This document shows, piece by piece, positions 13,301 to 27,043 of a stretch of DNA of 64,000 nucleotides (within the stretch, counting starts at the first letter, position 1; each line of letters starts with the position of its first letter). The translations under genes were made by a program, and so were the position numbers. Source of the stretch: Salpingoeca rosetta (taxonomy: Eukaryota > Protista > Choanoflagellata); contig JAWQFM010000019.1 of assembly GCA_033442325.1 (NCBI GenBank), positions 1-64,000 of the forward strand. The letters run 5' to 3'. Under the pieces are notes generated by a model, which was not told the origin of the DNA, searched no databases, and saw only the letters and a list, made by a program, of their open reading frames with translations.

Positions 13301-16300
13301 AACACACGCACACACACAGCAGTCAAACCAATTGACAGAACTCACCCAAACTCACGGTGCCAGCGTGCCATGGGCTTGTGCAGCACATCTGTCAGTCTCA
13401 CCGACCGTGGGCAACGTCTTGCATGCCTTTGGCCCTGCACACATCCATGGTGTGGGCGCTGCTGTGCATGTTCTCTGCTTGCACCTGTTCACCATCACAC
13501 CATCACCCACCACACCCCACACAGTCCATGGAACCAAACGAAACCACCCACAACAGGACCGCCAGTGAGTGCCCGTCACAACGCACACCCTCTCCCTCCA
13601 CCAACCCTGCGCCAGCCACGCACACGAACAACGCAAGCCACACGCACCTTGATTCGCGTTTCGCCTGCTGCTTGTTGCTTGTTTGTGTGTGTTGGTTGGT
13701 CTTGTTGGTTCGTGTTTGGGCGATTGGTGGAAGATGCCACAAATAATCGCCCACTGCTGCGTTTGTGTGGCAACTGCTGTTTGCTTTTTTGTTTTGCTTG
13801 GTTGGTTGGTTGGTTGGTTTCAATGAGACAAGAAGAAGAAGGAGAGAAGGGGAACAGCACTGTGTGTGAATGCAACGCAGGTTCACAGGCCTTGCAAGCA
13901 GGCTGAGGAGGGAAGAAGAGAAGGGGAGAAGAAAGGGTTGATGGAAAAGAAGAAGACACAAACACACACACACGCACACCCTCTTCTCTCTTCCTCCTCC
14001 TCCCCCTCCTCCTTCTCACAGTCACAACAGACAACCAACAGCCACAAAGGGCTGGAAGAGAAAACAAACAAGGCAACAGCCACCCAGCCAGATCGCCATG
14101 AAAGCAAGAGGCGAGGCGATGGGGGGGGAAGGAGAACACCGTCCATCAACATGCACACGCACACACATCCGTTGGGAGCCTCACGTCTTCTGTCCTTGCT
14201 TCCCTCCTTCCTTTTCTTGGCCTGGGTTGAGTTGTGTTGCTTGAGGTGGCACAGCTCGCAATGGCGTGGCATGCGTGTGGATGTGGGTGTGTCTTGGATG
14301 CAGATGGGTTCCTCTGTGTGTGTGAAAAAGGGGTTGGAGGGAAACAGTGGAAGGGGTGGCAGCAGCAGAGAGAAGGAAGAGGAGAAGCAAAGGGGAGGGG
14401 TGGATGTGAGCATGCCATGCATGAGTGGACAACAACAACACATGGGGCGGTGGTGATGATGATGTGCTTGGTTGTGTGTGTGTGATGGCACAAGCACACA
14501 AAGGTCAACCACAATCACACACACACCCTCACCTCGTCGTCGATCAACGCATCTGCTTGACATATGCGCACACGCGCACGCACACACACACACACACGCA
14601 GTCAGACATGGCATTGCAGAGTGAGACGGTACACCACCATGCACACCCATACACAGCAATGCAAAACACAACCACCACAAGCATTACAACGACAACATCT
14701 CTCCCGATCTCAATCCCCCAAATGCACGGTCACATGGCCAGATACACAACCGTGGTGGTGATGATGGCCATGATGAACGCCTTCCTCCCACTTCCCTCAA
14801 CCCCTTCCACCAAACACACACACCATTGCGTGTTCTCACCTCGTGCATCGTGTTGCTGTCGGCGTGGTCGATGGCGACGCACACACACGTACAGGCACAA
14901 ACGCACACATCGTTGCGTGTGTTCCCAGTTAGATGAACAACGAAGAGAGAGAAATGGGCGACACGACACGACGGCCAGTCAACCCCAGCCAATCCAATCC
15001 AGCATCCACCGCCGTGTGTTGCCTGCTGCAGTCATCATCACAATCACACAATCACAATCGCACAGGTGCAAGGAAAAGGAATGAGCCGCTGATATGTGTG
15101 TGTCATCGTCATGTGATACCACCACCGCACGATTCACGCGCACGTGCACACGCACCCCATCCCCTAACCGACCTCATCGCCCTCCTATCACTCCCCTTCC
15201 CTCTCCCTCCTTTCGCTCTGCACGCTCACGTCGCACCATCACCACCACCATCACCACCATCGCCGTGTTACTTCCTCCTCCACCTGCTTCCCATCACTCG
15301 ACACAACACAGCCCACCAACCAACCAACCCACCGCCAACGATCATCCTCACCTGTGCTTGATGCAGCCAGCCAGTCAGCCAATGTGCCACAGCGAAACCA
15401 GAAAAAGGGAACCGCAATCACATGCCACGGCCACCATCGTCATCGCTGATGGAGCAGAAAGAAGAGATGACAGGGGAAAAGTGGTGGGCACGGGTCGTGT
15501 CCTTCCTTGTCTTCATCGGTGCAGCCCCAAACACGGCGCACAGCGCACATGCACGCACGGCCATCATCACAGCAGTCACCAGCAGCAGCAGCGAGCTAGC
15601 CTGCCTGCCTGCCTGTGAGGCAAGGAGAAACCAACCAGAGACGAACAACAACGACCGGTGATGGTGAGGACAACAAGGAGGAACACAAGGGACCACGCAT
15701 GAGAATATGCAGCATGATGTGGGCGGGGTGCATCACCTACACACAAGAACAACGAAGCAAGCACCCAACAAGCAAGCAGGCAAACACGGGAAGCAAGCAC
15801 AAAATATCACATCCACCACTGCTGCATTACCTGTGTTGGCGGCTGTCTCGAGCACGCCTCAGCAGGTGCACATCGCATGGGGAAGGCTGACGATGACAGA
15901 GCGAAGGCGATTGGTTGGGAAAGGCAAGGGAAATTCGGTTGGGGAAACCCGCACACATCCGCCTGCAGCCACGCACACACACACACACACACAATGAGTT
16001 GTGGGATTGGTTCATGTGCGACACACGTCAGTGCAACCACCCCACAGCCAATGACTGCTCTGGTGTATTGATACATGCGTTTGTGTGTGTGCGTGCGTGC
16101 GTGCGTGTGAATGTGTACTACCACCCCATCCACACACACACACACACACACACACAGCGGCAGCGTCTCACCTTGTGTCTTCTTTTCTCGCGCGGTTGTG
16201 TGTGTGCGTGTATCGCCCTGCTCATGTCATGAGGGCTTGGGAAGAGATCGGCCACCGTCCTGTGCAAATCACACACATGTACACATGCGCAAGCACAAAC

Positions 16301-17745
16301 AATCAAAATCAGCAAGAATGACACGACGAAGTGAGCCAGCATGGCAGAAACAAACCACATCCACCTCCTCTGCCACATTCGCATCACCCACATCATCACC
16401 TGTGCACGCACATGTCACACCCCACACACAGATACACACCACCACCACCACCACCACCACCACAAGCAGCACATCTGCACATGCGTGTGCGTGCGCCGTG
16501 TACATCCACCACAAACCACTCACCACCATCATCATCGTCGTCACGCAAGGCAACAGCACATCGACGCACATCACACCCTGTACGTGTGCGTGTGAAGAAA
16601 GAGGTGAGTTGTCACAGAATCGGGCTGTCAACGACATCAACACCCATTGCCAGCGCCAGCAGACCCAACAACGACATCCAACCAGCAATTCACAATCACA
16701 CACATATACATGCTGTTGTTCACACCCAACACATCACACACCACCCACATCACCACCACAACCATTCATCTCACCTCCACGTCCATGGCCGCTGCCGCTG
16801 CTGTTGGGGACCAATGACGGCGACGACGAGGAGGAGATGGACAAGATACAGAGGGCCCGTTCATCCAAATGCAGCCACACATCAGCTGTTGTTGCTGCTG
16901 GTGAAAACGGTGAAAACAAACGGCCCCTTGCCACGCCGTGTCCTTTGCTTGCTCGCTCGGCTGCTTGGCTGGTCGGTTGGATGGAAGCGAGATGCATGAC
17001 CCTGTGTTCAAATCAATCGAAAAGGGGGAGAAGAAGAAGAGACACATGAGATGAGTGGACAGAACAGACAAGGAAAGAGGGAAGCGAAGAAAAGAACACA
17101 GCGTGTCAACCAACACACACACACACACTCACCTCCATCACTCGTCATCGTCATCGTCGTTGGTTCCACCGCTTCATGCGCCTCCTCAACGCTGTGAAAC
17201 GTGTGTGTGCGCTGTGAATCGTGTGTGACAGACACAAGAAGAGGAGAATGTGGGTGGTGAGGTCGACAGCGAAGCATCATCAGCCACACGCCAGCCCCAT
17301 CCAACCATCCGCATTAACACACAACCACATGCACGCACACATGTTGTCCCCATACACCACCACCAGCATGCACACACACGCACATTGCTCACCTCTTCGT
17401 CAGAGCGACTGACATGTGCAATGTCTGCCTCACGCCAGATTGGAGCTGGTGTCGGCCGGCGTGTGATGGCGGCTGTGCAGTCGATGGCGATGATGGTGAT
17501 GATGGTGACAGCGGAGCTGAGGTGGAAGAGAGATAAATGGGGGAAGGTTGATGATGATGATGGGGTCGTTCATGGCGGCTACTTCCCCCTCCTCTGATGT
17601 GGCCCTGGTGCGCATGCAACCAACACACAACGACAAGACACAACGACAACATCATCACACACAACACACAGGTATGGCATGTGAGCACAGCAGGCGTGTT
17701 CACCTTCCTGCTCCCTCCTCTGCTTTCCTCCTCCTCGCCCCACGA

Positions 17746-17792
<47 letters not shown>

Positions 17793-19715
17793 ACAGACAG
17801 ACACACACACCTGCCATGAACTGCTCGCTGTGGTTCGATGTGCCCAACATGACCATGGACGTGTGTGTCCACAGCTGCTCCTTCCAACCCATCATGTGCG
17901 TGCACCGCCAACCATCCTCCAACGATCCTCAAGCAGTCCCCCCCCTGCATACCGACACACATACACACACACATGGCATGTGAGCTGCACAGCTACACTG
18001 GTGCACGAAGCACAGCAACAGTAACACCAAACACCCACAGCAACAACAGCAACGCCACGCACCATGTGCCAACCAATGCATCCATGATGGGCTCACCTTG
18101 CTCACGCATGTGGGAACACTGCATGAACACAGCAGCGGCAGCCGAATCGGGGAAGTTGCAGCAGCAGCAGTCGGCATGCGAGCCCGCTTCCATCAACATC
18201 CTGATGTGTGCTGGTACCTCACCACCTGTGCTTATGTGCATGTGTGTGGTTGCAGGGAACGTGGATGGGGACACAACACAACAAGCACAGAGCAAGCCAT
18301 CACGTCAGCATAGCAGAACGAGTGATTGACATCACACGCACCACGTGTGTGTGTGTGTGTGTGTGCGTGTGTGTGTGTGATCATCATCCCCCATCAACCC
18401 TCTTCCCTTGTTCACTTCACCACATCCCATCACACAACCAACCAGCCAACCACTCATCACCACCCACATACCATGTGTGAGGCGAGTGCAGCTGGTACGC
18501 GTGACAAGTATCCTCGACATTTCCCTCATCCTGCTTGTGCGTGTGCATCACCTGTAAATGTGGTTGTGTGCGAGCACCAGCATGGTGAGTGAGTGAGTGG
18601 GAGGGAAGAGAAAGCATTGATGTGTGCGCAGTCACACTGCTGCTGCTACTGGTGATGCTTTGCGTGCATGTGTGTGTGAAGAAGAAAGAGTAGAGGGAGA
18701 AAACAGAAAACAAAAGGGAAGGAACAAGATGCTGCACCCCATCCACCCATCCATCCATCCCTCTTCCTCACACCACCACCACCACCGTCCTCTGTCACCA
18801 GCCAGCCACACCACACCACACCACACTCACCCAGCATCCCCCATCCCATCCATCCATCCATCCATCCAACACACATCTCCTCTCCTTTCCCTCTCTTCTC
18901 GCCCTCACCACTGCTGCTGCTGCCAACCGAAAATGCAACTTGTGCTGTCGCCACCTGTTCCCAGCTGCAAACAGCCAGCTTCCGCCAGCAGCAGCGGGCG
19001 ATGGGTTGGTTGGTTGGGGGATGTGTTCAGCAGCAAGTGATGGTGGTGGTGGTGCATTCTCTGCTGCTGCTGCATCGGCGGTGGTGGGTGTGCTGGCTGC
19101 TGTTGTTGTTGGTGTGATGGCCATCAGGGAGGGCGAGAAAGAGCGGGAAAGACGAGCAGTGACTGCAAGGTGGAGAATGTGCAGGTGTGCCGGCAGTTGT
19201 GCGAGAACGAAGAGAGAGACAGCACATCAAGCAAAGCAAAACATGCAGCCGCACGACACACATGCACACATTGATGTGGGACAACAAGGGGAGACAGGAG
19301 CAGCAGAGACAGCGACCACAAAACACGCACACTGGTGTTGTGCGCAGCATACACACGCATGCATGTGCAGTGACGCACTCACGTTGCTCATCGCTTGCTT
19401 GTTTGTGGTGTGAGTTGCTGCTGCTGCTTCCGCAATCGCACAAGCGTGGCTGGATGGTCATCACATGGCAGCGCCCGTCTGTTCATCCCACCAGAGCAGT
19501 GGTGGTTGGTGGAGGGGGAGGACAGCTGCCGGCTCAAGGGCCCTCTGTGGGGCTGCAGCAACAGCAGAAGGAAGGAGAAACAAGTGTGGAAGGTGGTGTT
19601 GGTGTTGAGGGTGGGAAGGGAAGAATGTGAGCAAACTCACACGAGAAAATGAGGAGGTGGCGATGATGGCGTGTGGGAGGGTGGAGAAGAGAACATGCAC
19701 GTCGACACACCCACT

Positions 19716-19766
<51 letters not shown>

Positions 19767-19877
19767 GTCTGGGTGATGCAGTGGTGCGATCACCATTCAT
19801 CCGTCAGCACGCAGTCATTTGTTGGTTGGTTGGTTGGGGTGGGAGTTGCCCACTGCCTCACGCATCAGCCAGCACCT

Positions 19878-19922
<45 letters not shown>

Positions 19923-20039
19923 ATACATTCATCTGCACGCACCACAAACAAACAAGCAAGCAACAACAACAGCAGCAGCATGTCACAGGGAGGAGAAGAA
20001 AGAAGGAGGAGAAGGAGGATGAGCAGAAACGCAACCCCG

Positions 20040-20070
<31 letters not shown>

Positions 20071-21055
20071 TGGCTGCGATGTTGGTTGATGTCATTTCCC
20101 CCTCTTTCTCATGTGTGTGCTGCTCACTGGTGAAGAGGCTGCATGATCCATTCTCAAGGTGGCCGCTGCATGACGGTGGCTGATGGCAGTTGTTCTGGCA
20201 CCACACAACGGTGAGCGAGTGTGCGTGTGTGTGCGTGTGTGCATTTGTGAGTGCCATACGCAGTGGTGTGTGTTGGTATGTGATCCAACCACCCGTGCAT
20301 GAATGGATGGATGGTGGTCTACCTGTGTGTGTGTGTGCACGATGACAGCGTACGCTGTGTTGTTGTTGTTGATGGTGGTGGTTGTTGTTGCTGTGCGCAG
20401 TGTGCAAGGAGAAGAAGGGGAAGAGGAGCACGGAGTGGGAGGAAAAAGTCTCACCTGTCGATGGATGGGTCGTTCATGTGGTCGTTGGTTGGTTGGTTGG
20501 TTGGCTGTGCGTGGTTCATCACAGGAGAAGGAAATGCACAACGGTGGAAGGAAGGAAGGATGGATGGATGGGAGAAAGGGGAGAGACGGTGCGCACACCC
20601 TCCCTGCACATGTGTGTGTGTGCGTGTGTGTGTGAATGCGTCAGCGAGAAGGACGACGAAGGGAAGGAAGAAAGGAAGGAAGGAAGGAAGGAAGGAACGT
20701 GGCACGCACAACCACCAATGTGTGTGTGTGTGTGCACGAACCAATGACACATTCCCTCACCCCACCTCACCCCACCTCACCTCATCTCACCTGCCTGTCA
20801 GCAGCGACGACGACGACCATGATTACCATCACCATTCCCACCACCACCACCACACACACACACCAGCTGCTGCGCAGAAGAAGAAGAATGAAGCAACGGC
20901 GAGTGGATTGGTTGGTTGGTTGGTTGGAAAGCAGAATCGGTTGTTTGCTCGTTTCTGCTTGCTGCTCCTGGTTTTTTGGTGTGTGTGCGATTTTTCTCTT
21001 CCTCTTCTTGCTTGCTGGCTCTGCCTTGATAAATGGCTTGTCTTCCTCCACCTTC
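7363..21055. other. Gene-free 5'ETS / intergenic-spacer-like region between 18S and 5S
   Basis: No credible exons found in 13.7 kb, while the rest of the window is densely genic. Lies upstream of 18S and is bounded by 5S. Confidence 0.6.
10221..10845. repeat. Modular degenerate tandem subrepeats (A ~41-45 bp, B ~62-64 bp)
   Basis: A = GCAGACACACTTGCATGCGATTG... at ~10227, 10331, 10565, 10734. B = GCAAGCACTCACAACTTCTCCTGCTTGCAT...CATCCCTCTACTCACT at ~10268, 10438, 10502, 10672, 10779. Variant B' (GCAARCATTGGTAGCTTC...) at ~10375, 10609. Confidence 0.9.
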
Positions 21056-21174
21056 GGCAACGTTCATACCAACGGGATCACGCCCGCTCTCGTCCGATCG
21101 CGGAAGCTAAGCCCGTTTGGGCCCGTTCAGTACTGCCGTGGGTGACCAGGCGGGAATCACGGGTGATGTTGCTC
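21056..21174 (+). rRNA. 5S rRNA: 5S rRNA gene
   Basis: GGCAACGTTCATACC...CTCGTCCGATCGCGGAAGCTAAGC...AGTACT...GGGTGACC...GGGAAT...GATGTTGCT, about 119 nt. Helix I (GGCAACGUU/GAUGUUGCU), II (AACGGG/CCCGUU), IV and V all pair. GATAAAT lies about 25 nt upstream. Confidence 0.95.
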
Positions 21175-21180
21175 TCTTCC

Positions 21181-21189
21181 TTTTTTTTT
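21181..21189 (+). terminator. Pol III oligo-T terminator of the 5S gene
   Basis: T9 run immediately after the 5S 3' end. Confidence 0.85.
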
Positions 21190-21661
21190 CTTCTGTGTGG
21201 TGGTGTGGCTGCTGCTGCGCTGGTTGCTGCTGTGCTGCTGTCTCCTCTTTCTCGTGTCTTAGCTTGGCTTGGTTCGGGTTACTTCTTCTCTTCTTTGTTT
21301 GCTTGCTGAGCTGAGTTGCTTCGACTTGGGGGTGACGAGGTGGTGGCGTGTGTTGGCTCATCTCCTCTTTCTCTTGTTGCTTGACTGCAGCGTGGCTTTG
21401 CTCCACACACACACACACACACACACTGCCTGGCTGACATCGTGTCATCTCAACGCGTTTACTTCCATGTACTGACGCAGAGGAACCACAAACAGGTGGG
21501 CTGAACTATTGAACTAGTGACAAAGCTGATCTAAGCTGATCTTGGTCACGCTGTTAGACATCCTCCTCCTCCTCCTCCTCCTCCTCCTCCTCCTCCTCCT
21601 CCTCTCCTCATCCTCCTCCTCCTCCTCCTCCTCCTCATCCTCATCGTCGCACGCAAACACA

Positions 21662-21894
21662 TCACATGGGTGCATTATCCTTTGCCGCCTTTCGTCGGTG
21701 GGCGGGGGTGTTGCACCATACAGACTCCTGCATCACATCGTGTGGCGTCTCATTGGGCGTGTCGTACGCCAGCCCTTCCACTTGCATCTTTCCCCTGCGA
21801 GCATTTGCGTGTGTGTGTGCGCATGAAGGTGTTGGTGATGGCAGCGAGATGCTGTGAGGTGACCGCGCTGATTCGCACCTCTGCGCACGATCCC

Positions 21895-21993
<99 letters not shown>

Positions 21994-22317
21994 CAACTCA
22001 CTTGAGGTACCACGCGTTGTCGCCACTGAACAGGTTGATCCTGGCAGACTCCAGCGCTGACAGCAGCAAATAGCACACGAGTTGGCAGATGACGAGAGTG
22101 GTTGAATGGACACGAGAACAAGAGAGCAACGCACGCACCACAAACCTCGCCACACTCACTCCAGAACTCCCTGTCCCAATGACTCACTCCCTCACCTGTG
22201 TGCACTTGGGTGGAGAGGGACTTGAAGAACTCCTCAAACACAAACACAACGCGTCTCTGCATCATCTCCACCACCTCATCTCGGATCGACCGCAGGATCC
22301 TCGGGAGCTGAACACAG

Positions 22318-22362
<45 letters not shown>

Positions 22363-22462
22363 NNNNNNNNNNNNNNNNNNNNNNNNNNNNNNNNNNNNNN
22401 NNNNNNNNNNNNNNNNNNNNNNNNNNNNNNNNNNNNNNNNNNNNNNNNNNNNNNNNNNNNNN

Positions 22463-22521
<59 letters not shown>

Positions 22522-22747
22522 AGCGTCATTCATCTACACGCACCAGCACGTAGTGATCGACGACAATGACGGGGATGGCACCCGCAGCCATGATCTGTGA
22601 GGAATGAAGGGGGATGACAGGAGATGGAAGGTGGGTGAGACCACAAACAGGCCCGAAATCGTCTGCAACGCACGCACACACACGCACGCACACACACGCA
22701 CGCACACACACACACACACACGCACACGCACACACACACACACGCAC

Positions 22748-22784
<37 letters not shown>

Positions 22785-23071
22785 CAGTTAGCCTGAAGGA
22801 GTGGTAGCCAAACCCTTCGACAATAAGCCCAAACTTGGTCTCCAGCGCCAGCTCCGTGTATGTGTACTTGTTGAACTCTTCTTCTGCCTGCTTACACGAG
22901 GGGTCATATCCAACCTTCCCCTCACGACCCATTCGCTCTTCGCCAAACCACCGGCACGCGCACACCAACACAATGTCCCTGCAAACGCACAAACACAGGC
23001 GATGTGTGTGCGTGTGTGAGGTGGATCCAGACAGACACACACACAGCACCAAAACCAGCTGACTCCACCAC

Positions 23072-23112
<41 letters not shown>

Positions 23113-26100
23113 AAGAACACACAACACATCGCACGCACAGCACGACACACCTGCCGTTGTGCAGCTTTGGGAGGTGGTTGCGCATGGCATCAGAGCGAGC
23201 AGACTTCGTGCCCCTGTACAACAGGGAAAGAAGACACACGTCAAGCAGTGGCACCATAACATGGTTGGAGTGAGATTGCAGTGGCTACAAGAAGCGCGAG
23301 CGGTGGTGCAGTGAGTGACACCAACCCCTCAAAACCCAGCAGCAGTAAACATCAAACCCCCGCCCCACAGCGCACCACGTCACAACACACATGCATGCAC
23401 AGACCTGAAGGTGACGAGGTACTTTCTGTTTGCGGGCGGAACGCGCCGCTGCTCCGGTGTGAATGTCACCATGGAGAAGAGTGGCATGGACACATCGAGG
23501 CCGTCACGGTGGTGGAATTCACTTAAGCCAACCTGATGCGTGTGATGGTGTAAAACAAGGCATGGTTGGTGGGATGAAAGCAAAATGAGTCGCAAATGAT
23601 GAGCGCCACCCGAAAGCGCTTCTCTTCCAAAACACAGACACAGACACAGACACAGACACAGACACAGACACAGACACGACACAGACACACACACACACAC
23701 ACAGACGCAGACACACACACACACACACACACGAACGTTGTACCTTGGCGACGATGGCGTGTTCTGCATGCCAGGGGAGACATGGTGCGTCGCTGTACTC
23801 AAACAGGATGTGGTTGCGGCCCTCGTTCCAATACGCAAGCCTGCCGTGCATCACATGTGTGTGAGTGTGTGTGAGTGTGTTTGGAGGCAGCCATGAACAC
23901 GCGCCATCACACACAAGGCGTCGAGATCCATGATCACCACAAAAACAACCACCAGCAACAACAAACCACCGCCTCACCTGGAGAGATTGCGTTCGATGGC
24001 TGCGCTCACGGGATGCATTGACTCGATGTTGCCAGAGTACGTGCCATGCATGCAATCTTTCAGCCGCAAGCGCGTATACCCAATTGTGAGATGTCGGTGA
24101 CGGCTGTGAAAGCCATGTACCAACATTGGCAACACGCACACACACAACATAAACACACACACACACAACACAAACACACACACATATACACGTACACATA
24201 CACACACTCACACACACACATGCACACGTACACATACACACACTCACACACACATACACGTACACACACACACACACGCACACACACACACACAACACAA
24301 ACACACAAACACACAGCGCACCTTCACACCAGCACGATACGTCTGTGCTTGGCACGAAGAGGCACGCCTTTGATGGGTCATCGGTGCTGTACGGGCCGTC
24401 ACGAATGGCGGTTCGGATGGCGCGGTAGATGGCTGGCAGGGCGGCCTCTTCGTCAGTGGTCAGAGGGTACACGTACACCTGTCAAGAGCACGCGCACACA
24501 CGAACACACAATCACAACACACATGCAGGGGGAGTGAGGCGAGCATGCTTTGATTGCAATTCATGCCACGTCATTGGTGCCAGTGATGATGGTGCGTCAC
24601 CTTGAACGATGAGCATGTGCGAAGAGGGTCGATGGATGCTGTGCGGTCATCGCTGACATCGGGACCGCCATTGGCGGTGCGATAGTGCAGCGGCGTCTCG
24701 GGGCAATGCGTTCTGGTCACAGTGGTGGTTGTGATGATGGTGTTGATTGTGGTGATGATGGTGTGGTGAGGCGCAGGGATGAAAGTGCATAGAAGGAGTG
24801 TTGGGAGACACATGTGACGAACCGTTGTTCACACACACACACACACAGTCTTATGTACTCATGCACACGTTTACATTTTCTCATGCACAGACCTGAATTC
24901 TTGCACCTCGTACACCTGCTGCTCGATTTGATGCCAGGTGACGTTCTTCTCCTGCTTGAGCTGTTTCCTGCGCAGTTTTGACAGCGGCATCAGGCCGTAC
25001 TCCTTGATGAAGTTCCTGGTGGCAGTGGTGGTGGTTGATGGCGGCGGTTGTGGTTATCGTGGGAGTGACACGCACACAAACACAATGATGGCGTGGTGTT
25101 GATGTGAACGGGAAATCATGAGCATGTGCATCAAGACCTAGCGTCGTCACTCATATCAACGCAACAGCCCCCCCCCACACGCACACCTCTCTGGATCCAT
25201 GCTTGGGTTTGGGTTGTGGTCCTCGCATCGCTGGTTGACGGCATTTTCGCGCTTCTCAAGCGTCTGCGCATCAGGGAAGAGAGAAGGTAGGGACAACGTG
25301 GTGTTCATCACTTGAATGGAGATGAAGTGACGCGTGTGTGGTGGCAGTGAAGCAAGAGAAAGGACCCAGCAATACGCACACATACACACACACACACACA
25401 GACTGACCTTCTGTTTCTCTAGGGTGGCCTTGAGGTCCAAGAGTTGTTGGCGGTACTGCGGTGTGAGCTCGCCTGCTTGCTGCAGAATGTCGAGGAGGGG
25501 TCCTTTGTCCCATCCGTTGGCATGCACCACCGCTGGCTGTGGATGATAGTGAGACAACAAAGGATGAGGTCAGGTGACTTCGGGAGAGGGTGGAGAAAGC
25601 GACAAGCATTACCCAACCACACCACACACATGCAGCCACAGAATGTCGGTTGCTCACAGAGGTGTGCGTGGCCTGGTTGTGGATGCGCCCATCTCGCACA
25701 ACGACATCGCGTTTGGCGGAACCTGGACATCCAAATGAAGCAGCCGTCATCATGCACATTATGGTACGCATGAGCAGTGTCCCATACTCACAGCGACAAC
25801 CACACCCACACCCACACACGCGCGCGCACACCCACGCGCGCACACACACACACAACCACACACACACACACACACACACTCTCTCTCTCTCTCTCTGACC
25901 GAAGAGCGTCTGGAAAAGAACGGCTTGGTGATCGATGCGAAACGCCTTGTTGTCCAGTACAACCGCCTGTCGTGGCGCGTGCACGAGGGCAAGGATTGAG
26001 AGACGTGCGGCAGTGCAATTATAGCAACGCAAGTCACAGCAATGATGAATTCAACAACCAGTCGGCAACACGACTCTGCGGACCTTGATCAGTTCTCCCT

Positions 26101-26257
26101 GATCATCACAGCAATCAGACTTGTGGTGGATGGCAATCACATCGTTGTACAGATGCAAGATGTATCCAAGATAGCCTGGCAAGCAGGGAGGAGGGGTTGG
26201 GCAAATGTGTTGGTAAAGCGCATGCGCGTGTGAGATGCATGGCACAGCTCATCAAAC

Positions 26258-26297
<40 letters not shown>

Positions 26298-26992
26298 CGT
26301 ACCCATGTACCCTCCGCTGTTTGGATACGGGTAGTGGCCAACGCTGCTTGATGGTGGCATCTCCGTCGCCAGCTCGGGGTTGGGCCAGCAGTTGACCTGG
26401 GGCGTGATGGTTGCAGTTGTGCGCATGCAAGGACGTGCGATGTGGGTGTCGGGAACAACCAGTGTCACACATACACACATACACACGCACACACACACGC
26501 ACACACACACGCACACACACACACACACATATACAAACAGCCGCACCTCGGCACTGACGACCATGGGGGCGTTCATGGATCGGAACGTGTCGATGAGTTC
26601 GTCCTCTTCGGCAAACACAAAGCTGTCAAACGAATCCGTGAAGAGAACTGCACAGAGGATGGCAAAGTGACAGCGAGTGATGAGTGATGAGGGGTGAAGT
26701 GTGCGAGCGGAGTCCATCAGACATGAGTACGATACCGCCACAACACGCACGCACACACGTCATACGCATACAAACAACTGGTGGTCGCACCCATGTCATA
26801 ATCGTCCTTGTACTTAAGCAGTGTCTCCCTGACTTTCTTCAGTTTCCAGCCATACCCTGCAGTGTGAGCACAAGAAGAACAGCGGCAACAAAACTGTGAA
26901 ACAACATCGCGCGCACGCACACGCACACGCACACACACACACACACATATATATATATACGCACACACACACGTAATACGCACACACACACA

Positions 26993-27043
<51 letters not shown>

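Noticed and set aside
16800-17050. Coding-looking stretch DDEEEMDKIQRARSS
   Set aside because: No supporting splice sites, neighbouring exons or recognisable domain.
22031-22048. CAGGTTGATCCTGGCAG resembling the 18S 5' end
   Set aside because: Short chance match antisense to a glycosyltransferase exon (ESARINL).
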